Below are positions 39,154 through 50,918 of a stretch of DNA of 64,000 nucleotides, piece by piece. Under the pieces are notes generated by a model, which saw only the letters and a program-made list of their open reading frames with translations, was not told where the DNA came from and did not search any database. Each line of letters opens with the position of its first letter. Position 1 is the stretch's first letter. The stretch is taken from contig NC_092676.1 in the NCBI RefSeq assembly GCF_964355755.1, positions 2,671,788 through 2,735,787 of the forward strand, read 5' to 3'. The position numbers and the translations under genes were made by a program. This DNA comes from Antedon mediterranea. Its lineage: Eukaryota; Animalia; Echinodermata.

Positions 39154-39184
39154 TAACTCAAACTTGATCTTCCTCACTCCAAAG
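39154..39184 (+). other. Candidate 5'UTR micro-exon (31 nt)
   Basis: Acceptor ttctttacag, donor AAG|GTATGT; weaker support than the other two. Confidence 0.25.
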
Positions 39185-39198
39185 GTATGTGTGTATAA

Positions 39199-39345
39199 AG
39201 CTCTGTCTACAGTATCAAACTTTATGTGACGAAAAAATGTGATGTGCCCATATATGGACACGATAATGTCATATCACTACCATATTTAAGCATATCACTA
39301 CCATATATGGGCACATCACACTGTGTTTGTAGTATAGACAGAGCT
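39199..39345 (+). mobile_element. Harbinger-like MITE family A
   Basis: TIRs, TAA/TAA flanks. Confidence 0.9.
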
Positions 39346-42312
39346 TAAAACATGGAGGGAGAAGTGAAAGATTAACACAATGGTATTAGTGTACTTATCA
39401 GATATTCTGTATCTAGGTACTCTGTAGTAAGGTTTAACTGATGATAAACATGAGGAATATGTGTTACACTGAAGGATGATATCAAGTCTAGAAGGAATAC
39501 TTACAATCATTTATGTAACATTTCCGACAGACTGTAACATCATTGATCTTGTCAAAACCCAAACTCATGAGGGCGGTGTGCTGCGTTCAAGGCTCATTAA
39601 GTACGTGCTTAACATGCTTGTTGATGACACTTTCAATTATTTTGTACGACTCGATGTTAATAGGTAAAAATAATGTGGGAGCAAATAGAAAAAAATCAAG
39701 AGTTGTCAAGTATAATTTTATTCGATTACAGACTTTGACATTGGCTTCTCGAAAGGACCGACTATTTGTGGTTCTTTCTAACCTTGGGCCATTTACTTAT
39801 ATACTATAAATTACACAACAACATCGCAGCGTTTAAATTTAAGGTGTAGATATATTTCAAATTAAAATGGTTTTGTGTGCGTGTTTGTTAGATAACGTGT
39901 CACTGTTGCGTGATTATTCTCTTGGAATATACACCAAGAACATCGGCGAGAGGAAACTTTACGTTTTCAACTTTTAATCTAGCTTTACTAGGTAGGAAAT
40001 ACTTTTTATTCTTTTATTTACTGTTTTTATGTAAAATATATATTTATTTAAAAAGTTAAGTTATTCTTGATAAACAAATTTAAGGTGATAATTTTATCTA
40101 GAAATAGTTATGTACTATTTAAAAATGTTATAATTAATATAAAATAGTTGAATTATTGATGTTCCTTTTTTGTTTCTTGATTTTTAAAAATCCAAAGATT
40201 CATGTTATTATAATTTTAATAGTAGAAATGATAATATTTTATACATATGAAAAAAAAAATCAAATTTAATTATGTATAGTGTTTATCGAATAATGATTTT
40301 GTTTATTTAACTTTATTTTATGTAAGTGCTTAAATTGTAACATTTTTTGATGTAATTTTTTACCTTCTTTTTAAACTTATTTTCTCTCTCCATTAAAATG
40401 ATTATTTTTGTTTAAAATCTAGGATTGTATTTTGTTCAGAATATAGTGCATGTAACTACTCTATGACTATCGTGCTGTATCTACATTATCGTCTCTGCTT
40501 AAGTTACACATGTTTTTATAAGACCTTGTTTTAGTCACTTTAGGCAATTTATTTAAAATTAGTAGAAATTTATGTTCAAATGTAGGAGAAATACCGGATA
40601 TTTGCACATGTCGTTTTATAATGTGTGCACGCGTATGTTTAAATGTGATTTAAAAGAAACCTCTCAAAAGAAATTTAACCCGGCCACGTGACCTTGATAT
40701 GGTGTGGATGTGGGAATTAAATTTCTAGAATATATTTAGCGAGATGGAAGGATTTAGTAGTCTCTAGTCGTAGTTCTGCGCAGTGTTTTAATTCAACTGT
40801 TTGAAATGATTTGTAGCCTTCCTCTTTGAATTATTCATACAGTCGGGCTATGTAAGTTAAAGTGAATAACACTAGGAGATGCAACGCAAAGCTTACTGAA
40901 AATCGTGAGCTAAAGTTAGGTCAATAAATCGTATTCCACAACCCACTTTGAGACTGCTACGGGCTAACCCTTGTTGTCAGTCTCGGCATTTAGTATCATC
41001 AATTTATACGTGGCTATATCGAGCCAACGGGAATAGGGGTCGTTATTGTCGCACACATAGAATAGCAATCAGCGTAACAAAACCAGGAGGGGTCAGGCAA
41101 TCATGGAATGATGGATTGAGATAGTTTGGCTTACGACTAACTTGCACTTTATAAGCAAAAGCCTGATTATACCGAAATGCGCCGCAGAATACATACTGAA
41201 ATATGCTTAAGGAAAAAAATCAAATGTTTTAAAAAACGCATGCATAACTAATATTTTTTCCGAATGATGACCTGTTTACAATATAAGAGTATGTTAGGAT
41301 ATCCTATATTACCTTGTGATTAGATAATTCCGTACGGATATAATCCAGGACAAAGGCCAGTATATCATTACAATCCAGATATATTAGGTTCATCTGAATT
41401 TTTATAACGTTAATGGATGCGTTAAAGTCGGTAAATCTGATCAGATGTACTAGTTTTTTTTTTAGAGGGAAAAATTATACTCTCTATGTTTCATTTTGTA
41501 TTTTTTTTATGGAACATTTTATTTAATGGGTTTGTGCTCTGGCAATGTAGCATCTATTTTAAGTACTTCTTTTTTCTTAGTAACAGAAAAGTTTATAAGC
41601 GTGATTTATTAAATATAATGTAGACAGCCACTTTATGTTTCCTTGTTTACCATCAAAATATATTTCTTTATTATACTTTCTTTGATGGAGAAATAAAGCT
41701 TTGATGCTTTATTGATCCTTCAATATGACAATGATCTCCTGTGGTATTCTTTGTAGTTGATTGAATTTTAGTTATGCCAAATTTGATTCAAGTAAACGTT
41801 CTATCCAAATTTAGAAATTACAATGCGCCTCATTTCAACGGCACAATTTGTTCATCGTTTCTGAATTTATAGTATATTTCAATTGTGTTTTGATTCTTGT
41901 TCTTGATGCAAAAATGTTTTGTACTCATTTACTTAAATTTGCATTGTGAGTGGTGTTAGAAATTGTAGCATCTAATTTACACCTGGGGATTCTTTACGAG
42001 GGACCTGGGCACATGGGTACAACTTTGTTCTTGATTTAATACTATAAATTTTGCAAGGGGCCCCCAGTACATCACAGTTCTTGTTTGACTACAGTATAAA
42101 AGGGAAAACAACATTTATTCTTAGTTTCTATACCCATATCATTATTTAATAATATTTTAAGTATGGATATGAATAAGAGATGAAATTTTGCATTGATAGT
42201 ATGAAGAACTATTTTAAATTGGATGTTTCCTATACTTAACTAGTCGCGTTAGGAACGTTTGCGTTGTCGTAAACATTGTAATTGTTTGTGTTTATGTTAC
42301 AAACGGACGATG

Positions 42313-42504
42313 AGAACAATGTCATCATTGTTCTACAGGGATGCTGTGAAAACGATATTAAAATCTAAATATTTCACTCAGTACAGAGCAACAATCTCAT
42401 TACTTCTCGAGATACAATTTATCATTTGAATCTATTGTTAATGTATACCATCCTATCTATCTTCTAGGCTTTATTCATCTGCACTGACCTTTGACCTATG
42501 ACAT
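42313..42504. promoter_or_regulatory. Candidate enhancer: Sox dimer palindrome plus nuclear-receptor DR1
   Basis: AGAACAATG-tcat-CATTGTTCT (42313-42334) and TGACCT-T-TGACCT-A-TGACAT (42485-42504). Confidence 0.5.
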
Positions 42505-42744
42505 TTGGCTTGGCTATTATATTTTTCTGCTTGTGTTAACAACAGGTGATTTTTATTGTAAAGATTTCAGTTATTTCAGAGACGTAAGTGATATTAAGAA
42601 CAGTCTCAAGGAAGTCTTTTATTTCTGTTGAATACATTTACATATTTTTGTGATATTTGACTATGTATGTTCAATCATAGTTTTATATTTATTTAAAAAA
42701 CATTAAAGAAATTTATGATATAATAATCATATACGTAATTTCCA

Positions 42745-42960
42745 TTTATCATCATCATTGTTATCATCATTATTATTATTTTCATCACTTTTATCATCAT
42801 TGTTATCACCATCATTATTATTGTTATCACTTTTATCATCATTGCTATCACCATATTATTTCCGTCATCATTATTGTTATCATCATCATCATTTTTTTAT
42901 CATCGTCATTATCATTGTTATCATTATTATTATCATCATCATCATCATTTTCATTATTGT
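42745..42960. repeat. (ATC/ATT)n low-complexity tract
   Basis: Trinucleotide tract that resumes briefly at 43305-43321 after the SINE. Confidence 0.9.
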
Positions 42961-43306
42961 TATACGGCCATACTGCGTTGAAACACCGGTTCTCGTCAGA
43001 TCACCGAAGTTAAGCAACGTTGGGCCCGGTTGCGTTCTGGATGGGAGACCGTCTAGAAATCGCGGCGGGTGCTGTATATACTGGAGAGTGATGGTGTAAT
43101 GGTAATATCGGACTAGCATGTGATAGGCATGGGTTCGAGGTTATCTGTACCATACTAATTGCATCCTTAGGCAAGATGCTTTAACTCTCATTGCCTAATC
43201 TGGTAGGCGCTGCACTGCTGGCTGCCGTGGGTCCGTGGAGGGCCTAATCCGAATTTCCTCACTGAGGACAAATATTAATACAAAAGTACAAAAAAAAAAT
43301 ACAAAT
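42961..43306 (+). mobile_element. Chimeric SINE: 5S rRNA-derived head (42961-43078) + tRNA-like segment + CORE-like segment + LINE-type tail
   Basis: TACGGCCATAC..GTTGAAACACCGGTTCTCGTC.GATCACCGAAGTTAAGCAACG...TGGATGGGAGACC...GGGTGCTGTA is 5S-like; then A box TGGTGTAATGG and B box GGTTCGAGG; TCCTTAGGCAAGATGCTTTAACTCTCATTGCCT; GAATTTCCTCACTGAGGACAAATA; A-rich end. Confidence 0.85.
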
Positions 43307-44591
43307 CATTGTTATCATCATTTTTGTGCAGCGTTGCATCAGGAAAAAAAATTCATTGTATTTTAGCTATTTATTAAGTAAGGGAAGAAGTGTTAACAAT
43401 ACAATGGAAAGAGAACAATTTTACAATAAAAATAAAGAAAAGGAAAGAAACCCCATTAGATTAGGAAATGTAAAATCACACGACAATATCCACAACAGCA
43501 GCAGGTGAAAGCAAATGAAATGTAGTGTAATTGAAACTACGTAGTTTGTATTGAATTTTATCGTCTATGGATGCTTTTAAATTCCATCGAAACTATCGTA
43601 TATTAAGAAGTCGTTTGCACAGACTTGTAATCATTATCAAAGTGCCACTGTTAAGAGTTGACTCGGAAATAATACACAACGCGCGACGCGGCGCGAAACA
43701 AGTGGACATGAAATTTATCTGATCTGGTTTTCCGAATGAGATTGTACAATGTAAAACTAGTATTTAGCACTGAATAGGTGGATTACACGTTAAACGAAGT
43801 CAGAAAAATATTAATGATAATCATATTTAGTTACATAAAGGAACTGCACATTTTAAATCGAAAAATAATGAGAAACTTATATACAACAATAGAAGAGTTT
43901 GTACAATGTATGTCATGGGAAAGGAATCGATTATTTAGATCCAATAATTATGATTTTTTGAATAAATAATCATACTTATTATTGTAATAATTTGTAATGA
44001 TTAATTATTAAGGTATATACTTGAGTTGGCATAAAATATCTGGTTTTCTGAAAGTCTGGTTTTAACAAATTTTATTGTTTTCAAGTTTAAATTAAGTAAC
44101 TTTTTATTTAATTGGATATCAATTTTACAACAGTAGTGTTTCGTAAACAAGTAAGTACATTGTCACCAAATGTATTTGATGATCTGACAACATTGTAAAT
44201 TAACTCTTTCAAAATATTGTTTAGGATTGTGGATTATACTGTAACTCTGGTTACTCTATGTGCCATGGTAAAACAGCATTTGTTTTTTATTTAGTACAGT
44301 CTTGATATGCTAAGAAATAATTTAATATATGTAGTGATTTCTTTGTATTTATTTTCTGTCCTTGTACACTACAGCAATTTTAACAGTTAACTCCAAATAA
44401 AGATATCTTTTGATTTGCCGCTGTCCCTATAATGTCTTGTCTGGAATTTCCACAAAACTTTCCATGTAATGAAACTATAGAGGGCAGTATGTCAGTAATT
44501 GATGGCCTGACAAAAAACTTCATAGACTTCTGTTAAACTAATCTAATGTTATTAAGTTTAGTTTTAATTATTGAGTAAGTCATACAGTTAA

Positions 44592-45217
44592 AGACCCCTT
44601 CCCTGCAATCTTGGACGTTTTTTGGAAAATAATACATATATATCACTTTAAAAACATTAAACCATGTCATTTCATGTCTTAAATGTACGTTTTATGGTAA
44701 ATTATGATAAAAAGTGAGAAACAATGCACTACCTAAGTAGCTCGCAGCGATCGACCTCTCGTGGACGGTCTTAGGCCTAGCCTAGCTAGGCTTAGTTTTG
44801 TAGGCCTAGCTGGTAAACATCGGTAGCGTACGAACATCGTACGCTAGCTATATACCTAGCCTGACGTTGTATAGTTGCTGCATTAATTCTCTTTCTATTT
44901 TTGCCAGACTCCGTTGATACAAATTGGGGAAAACCCGGTATTTTCGCTGAAAAGTTAGGAGTCTTCCATTTGTTTTGGCCTCACGATTGATCGAAAAGTG
45001 GGCGAATTAAAGGTGAAAAACAAAAATATCAATCCGCGCGCAATGCATTTTGGGATTTATAGCGGGCCGCTATAATTATTAGAATCGACTTATTTTTCAC
45101 ATTTTTAACCGTTTCAAGACGAAAAAAGTTATCGCAATAGGACCATATAGTATTATTTTTACATCAAATATAGTTTGTGATCTTAAATTAGAACAAAAAA
45201 ACGTAGGGAATGGGGCT
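44592..45217 (+). mobile_element. Non-autonomous Kolobok-like DNA transposon, copy 2 (626 bp)
   Basis: TTAA at 44588-44591 and 45218-45221; near-identical to 18210-18825 apart from a 10-bp indel and scattered substitutions. Confidence 0.9.
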
Positions 45218-45290
45218 TTAACTAAATAATACAAAGGTATTTTTGATATATATATTTTAAGAATAACTGTCAAGTTTAAGTAAATTGTAA

Positions 45291-45451
45291 AGCTCTGTGT
45301 GCACTATCAAACTTTATGTGACAACAAAATGTGATGTGCCCATATATGGACATGATGATGTCATACCACTACCATATTTGGGTATATCACTACCATATTT
45401 GGGCACATCACTTTTTTTTTGTCAAACTAGTTTGATAGTGTAGACAGAGCT
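45291..45451 (+). mobile_element. Harbinger-like MITE family A (near full length, ~160 bp)
   Basis: TIRs and two internal CACTACCATATTTGGG repeats. Confidence 0.9.
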
Positions 45452-47478
45452 TTAATTTTAGGTTTATTCTGCATTCTTTAAAACCTTGCTTTAATATTCT
45501 TTTAAGGATTGATTATTTTTACCACAAGAAATACTTTTTGTAAGTTTAATTTCAATTTAAGTTGATGTTGGTTCAGTTAGTTGTTGCCAAGTTCACTCCC
45601 GTTTGGGACCGTTGTCACGCATACGATGCTTCGTACGTCGAATCCTACACTACTGGTTTATGTTTGTGTAGTTGTTGCGTTTTGTCGCCCTCCGAGACCC
45701 ACGTGACAGTCTTTCAAGTGCGAGAGGAAAGCCGTAGTTTCAAGTGTTAAGCCTTTTTATTAAGTAATTACAACAGGGTTTTCTTAAATATGAATTATGT
45801 ACGGATGCTTAATTCTTGTTTTAGGTACGTTAGGAACTGGAAATTTCTCTATCTGTATTTCTAACTTCCTGGATGGCTCCAAAAGTATTATCAACATTGA
45901 CAAATTTTTCCAAGTTTTATCCATTTTTTTGCAAGAATATAATTGATAAATTAGTATAAAGGGAATTTAATCTTTCAATTGAAGCAGATAAATTTCCTTT
46001 TTAAATAAAAATTTCTGATTTTTTTTGCGCAATATTTCTGATTGATATAACTTCTTATTTGTCACAATAAATAATAGTTTATAAACGAAAATTTTAAATG
46101 AAATTGTAAGAAAACAGTTTTTAAAATGTTTTAGTTTCCTTGTAACAAAGTATGCATGGTAATATTTAGCTTTTTATTTAATTTTTCTTGTGCTAGATTC
46201 CTTAACTGTGACTGTACATTAAATTGTGCTGTGAGTGTCAAACACCCATTTTTACCGATTATAAAGTGTCATAAAATACAATTATAAAAAATACACAAAT
46301 AAATAATTTATTCACAGATTACTTTTATAATTAGTTTTGAAATTCACAAATACTTTACGCATAAATTTATTCACAGTTTGTGATGAATTTAAATATACAA
46401 GATTGAAAATTGAAACAAAGCGTGCAACCTCGATACTTAATTTTCCACCTAGGTTTCATCAAGGGAAGGGGGTCAATCCTGTGGGAATGTGTTACGCAAC
46501 ATAGCTCCCAATTCTATTAAATTGTTGCGAGACAGAAAAAAAAAAGCTGATATGAGTAATATTAATGCGGAGTATGTTATTAAAGCCCATTAGTTAGGAT
46601 GTGCTCAATGAACCACGTCCATTGTCGTAAGACAGTTACAATATAAGTATACATTGCATTATATGATTACAGTGTTTGTCATTATGTCCGACGTTTGATG
46701 TATATATCATAGTTTAAGCCTTAAGCGACTAGGTGCCCGTATCTTATGCATCCTTTAGCTTATTATACCTAAGCCTGTAGGCTATGTCAAGCGTACAGAA
46801 TGACTATCACTGCGAGATTAACATTATTAGGATCTTTACCATCCTAACATTAAATACTTATGTTATGATTATTGCAATATGGTAAATGTAAAATTATGAT
46901 CCAAGTTAATTGTAATGTGCAACTTGCAGTAATCAAGATTAGAGTAATATATAATCATTGCAAAAAATACCATGAAGCTAATAGTAGTTGCACTGTTTTG
47001 GCCATAAGAACAGACTTTGTGATTGTAACAGGATTTGGACCCAGGGTCTTAAGATTGACAGGTAGCATTAACCCACCTAGTTAACATTACCACTATTTTT
47101 CTGACCATGGTTTTGTTATCATTATTAGCCTATAAACGCCCTTAATTTAAACCGGCAACAAATAGTCTACAACATGGACTCAATTGGGTAATCTTCAGGC
47201 TAAGCCCATCATGGCCTCACTTAACCTAGCTGACGTCTCCCGATGGCCATAGTACACTTGCCCGTGGCCAGGTCTTCATTTGGAGTCAACCTTCCATGTG
47301 TATTAATTGTGTCTTAAGTCTGTAAGATAGAAAAGTTTAAATACATTACTATAATAGCAGACAACAATTATTACTTTTAATTGATACATTAATTAAAGCA
47401 AGAGATAATGTTTATTATTAGGCCTTGTTGAAAATTGAATTATGGTACATTAAAAATAGTTTCAATGGAATTCACTTA

Positions 47479-47637
47479 AGCTCCATCTACACTATCAAAC
47501 TAGTTTGCCAAAAAAGCGTGATATGCCCAAATATGGTAGTGATATGATTAAATATGGTAGTGATATGATATCATCATGTCCATATATGGGCACATTACAT
47601 TTTTTGTCACATAAAGTTTGATAGTGTAGACAGAGAT
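47479..47637 (-). mobile_element. Harbinger-like MITE family A
   Basis: TIRs and internal repeats. Confidence 0.88.
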
Positions 47638-49732
47638 GTTGAGTTTGATAATATGATACAATTTATTATTACAAACTTATTCTGTCACTATACTTTTATT
47701 ATTTTTCGTTAAATGCTATTTATCATAATGATTATGTATTTTAATTAATTTCACAACTTTCACTTGAGATACACCATAGCGTGCAAAGTGTTACAAGACT
47801 AGGAAGCGGTAAATGGGATTTTCAAACTGATAATGATCGTGAATCACGGTCCGACACAAAACCAAAAGATTTTGATACCTAATTAAACACTTGTTACTTA
47901 ATTACCCGAAATTGGAAGGGTGTAAAAATAAAAGATTTCTTAGCAATTTTAAGCAAGATGCGATACATTTATAGTTTGGTAATGGTGTAATTGCTGATAA
48001 TATTTTTTTAAAGTATCTTTAATAGGAAAAGTCAATAAAGTTCTTCTGTGCTTTTATGATTATTGTTAATTTCAATACAGTAATAATAAAGTAATAATTT
48101 AGGCAATTTAATACATTATTTATCATTTTATTTTATCAATATTAATACTGTGGTCAGTTTGGAGTAAATTATTTATAATTTTTTACTACTTATTTGTATT
48201 TTATTATATATATTATATGTTTTTATTTTTTAAGGATTTTGTTTAATGTTTACTAACTTTTATACAGTTTGTAAAAGTTTTGTTTTTTCATTTTCATAAT
48301 TAATATTTCCAATGGCCGGTGTTTTGGCTGAGCTAACTTACTACCTTCTATTTAGAATCAGAAAAGTAACGCAAATACAGGAATTTATGATGTATTCTCG
48401 CTTCAGATTATCCACGTCCTGTTTTTCTCTTATTTTGTCAAGGATAGATCATAACGACAAAGTTAATTAATTACTAACCTTACGTCTTGGATCTGACTTG
48501 CAAAGTAGTTAAAAACCCATTAACTTGGTTCATATTCACTATACATTGGGTATATTACTTGTCTTTTTATATACAACCAAATTGCTAGAAAACTTGTGTT
48601 TTTACTCATTTCTGTCTTTCTTAATTTGCGTGTTCTATTTCTAAACGGGAAATGTTCGTTTATGTCTGTTCTGTTTTTCTTGATTTAGGCCAATTCTGTT
48701 ACTTCGTTTAGTAGTAGTATTGGGCAGTTATAGGCCACCTGTTACGTGCGAACACACTAGTTGCAGTGCCTGCACTAAAGACACGAGCGTTAAAATAACA
48801 GTTATTAAACCTCTGTTTATACTTATCATTCAAATGTTATCGAATAATAAATTTATACACTTCCTAACTATCTTACCTGAGAATGTCCATGTGTGGTGTA
48901 GCTCCTCGTGACTGTTGGTTACTCCGAAAGTATCGAAAAGCGTTGATTACCACACCGCTTTACTACTCGCTATGTTCTACTCCGCGCTCTATTAGGACTT
49001 CCTCAGGATTAACTGGCTGTAGCTTATATTGTTTTGTATGGCTCCAGCTCTCTGTGATGAGCAAGACGCAAGACTGACTCACTTCCCAAAATGTTATTAT
49101 CAGAATAGCGCATACTTAGTACCTTTATTAATTTTCCCCTCGGAAATACATATCTCCCCTTATCAGTTATCGTCCATAGGGCTGCAGCTCGGAGACACCA
49201 TCCACATTGATTTAAAACAGGGATCGTTGTTAATAAGTATTCATTGTATATGTCACGGTTGTGTTGTCCAACATCTACTGGTCCATGACGACCAAGGCAA
49301 GCAACTACAATTCATATATCAACGCAAATAAACTTGTTAGGTATTTACGATTCTTCTGTTCTCCCACCGGGAAGTGAGAATAAATTACTACTAATATAAC
49401 TCGGTTTTCAATTGATGTTTAGCGGTCTTGCTGTGTACATATACTAGTACATACTCCGATACCAGTTGGTTAATAGCCTACTTTATTCAGTAAAGCATTT
49501 TGTACACATGTTTTGTTCATACTGCGTGGATTATATGCCTAAGACTACGAATGTTCAATTGTTTTTATTGGATGAAGAATACTTATGTTGTTGAGTTGTA
49601 AATTGGCATTAAGTGAATGATACTTATATAATTTTTTGAACATTTTTATACATTTGATAGAGTGGATTACCGGTAATAATTTTTATATTTGTAATAAATT
49701 AATGTTTGTTTTCCTATTTTTAGAGTTGAAGT

Positions 49733-50918
49733 ATGTCTATGGTAATGGATACTGCTCTGGAATTAACTAAACACAAACCGATCAAATGTGAGATCGTTGA
49801 CGAAACTATGGACACGGAAGAACAACAACAGCAAGAAACGTATCTAATTGACAGAACGGTCAACAAATTGACTCGAACCACAGACTCGTTAAGTGATTCA
49901 GGGCAGTCGTGCGATTGCTCGTCTGAGGAAAATGTATTAATGGAAGAAAAAGAGATTAGTAATCAAGCGAAGGATATCAAGGAAGAAGATACCATGACAA
50001 TTGATTTGAACGGAAATATGGGTTTGGAAAAAACTGTAGAGGTTAAAAATGTACAAAAGACGAATGCAAAATCTACCTCAGAACAATTAGCAGAAAAAGA
50101 TGCGCAAATCCAGGATATGCTACTACAGTTAAATGTATTAAAAGAACAATTGTTAATACAACAACGTGAAAACACAGATATCCACAAAGCACAGTTAGCG
50201 AAACAACAGCAACAGCTTGAAGTGCAACGGCAACAACAGGAGATGATACAGATGCAACAGCAGCAGATAATGCAACAGCAACAACGTATTCAACTTCTGT
50301 CGCAGGCTGTTCAGGAGCAGTACAAAGCTGCCGCGCCGCCGGGATACGCGGGTATCCGTCTCATACCCATATACCCCGGTGATTCTTACCCTTTACCCCC
50401 TCACATGATTTTACCCTCGCCTACCGACCCCCAGACTGGCGTTAAAGTCGGACTTTCCCCTACTTCTCCAAAACTTGATTTACACCATCAACCAAAACCT
50501 GTTCCTACGACCCGGACGCATCATATGAGCACGCAACCGGTATTATCAGGAACAACGACGACTATCTCGAACAAGGGACTTCTCACGATACCTCAAACTC
50601 CTTTTTCACCGCAGGTCTTCCCGTCGCAAATACGGTTAAGTCCGAAAGCAGCCCATCCTATCAGTGAAGCGCAACCTTTAAATCTGTCATCCAAGGCGCC
50701 CCCGAAAATGATGGGAATGCCAAAAATGATCGACCTCCAAAGTCCGCCATCGCCACCTCAGCAAAACTTTGTACGATCGCGACCTGTAACAATCACAGAA
50801 CCTTTGAAACGTAGTCAGTCGTTGTCGCCGAAAGATAGCTATCGAAAGTACACAACGCACGAAGCAGAGATTCTGGCAGGATCGACAGCCAGTCTGTACA
50901 AAGATGGCTCAGAGACGG
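49733..50918 (+). CDS. SoxD: SoxD coding exon 1 (N-terminus, leucine zipper/Q-rich coiled coil, PLNLSS motif)
   Basis: Acceptor ttttag at 49718-49723, donor G|GTAAAT at 50919. [24 protein letters not shown]...[14 protein letters not shown] resembles the Sox5/6 coiled coil; LIPIYPGD and QPLNLSSK resemble Sox6 motifs. Confidence 0.92.

Noticed and set aside
42961-43078. Functional 5S rRNA gene
   Set aside because: Single copy, indels relative to typical 5S, no T-run terminator, and fused to tRNA-like and SINE body sequence; treated as a SINE head.
49029-49331. 100-aa ORF upstream of SoxD as an N-terminal extension
   Set aside because: Non-ATG start, ends in a stop, and the in-frame TGA at 49727 blocks extension of the SoxD frame.
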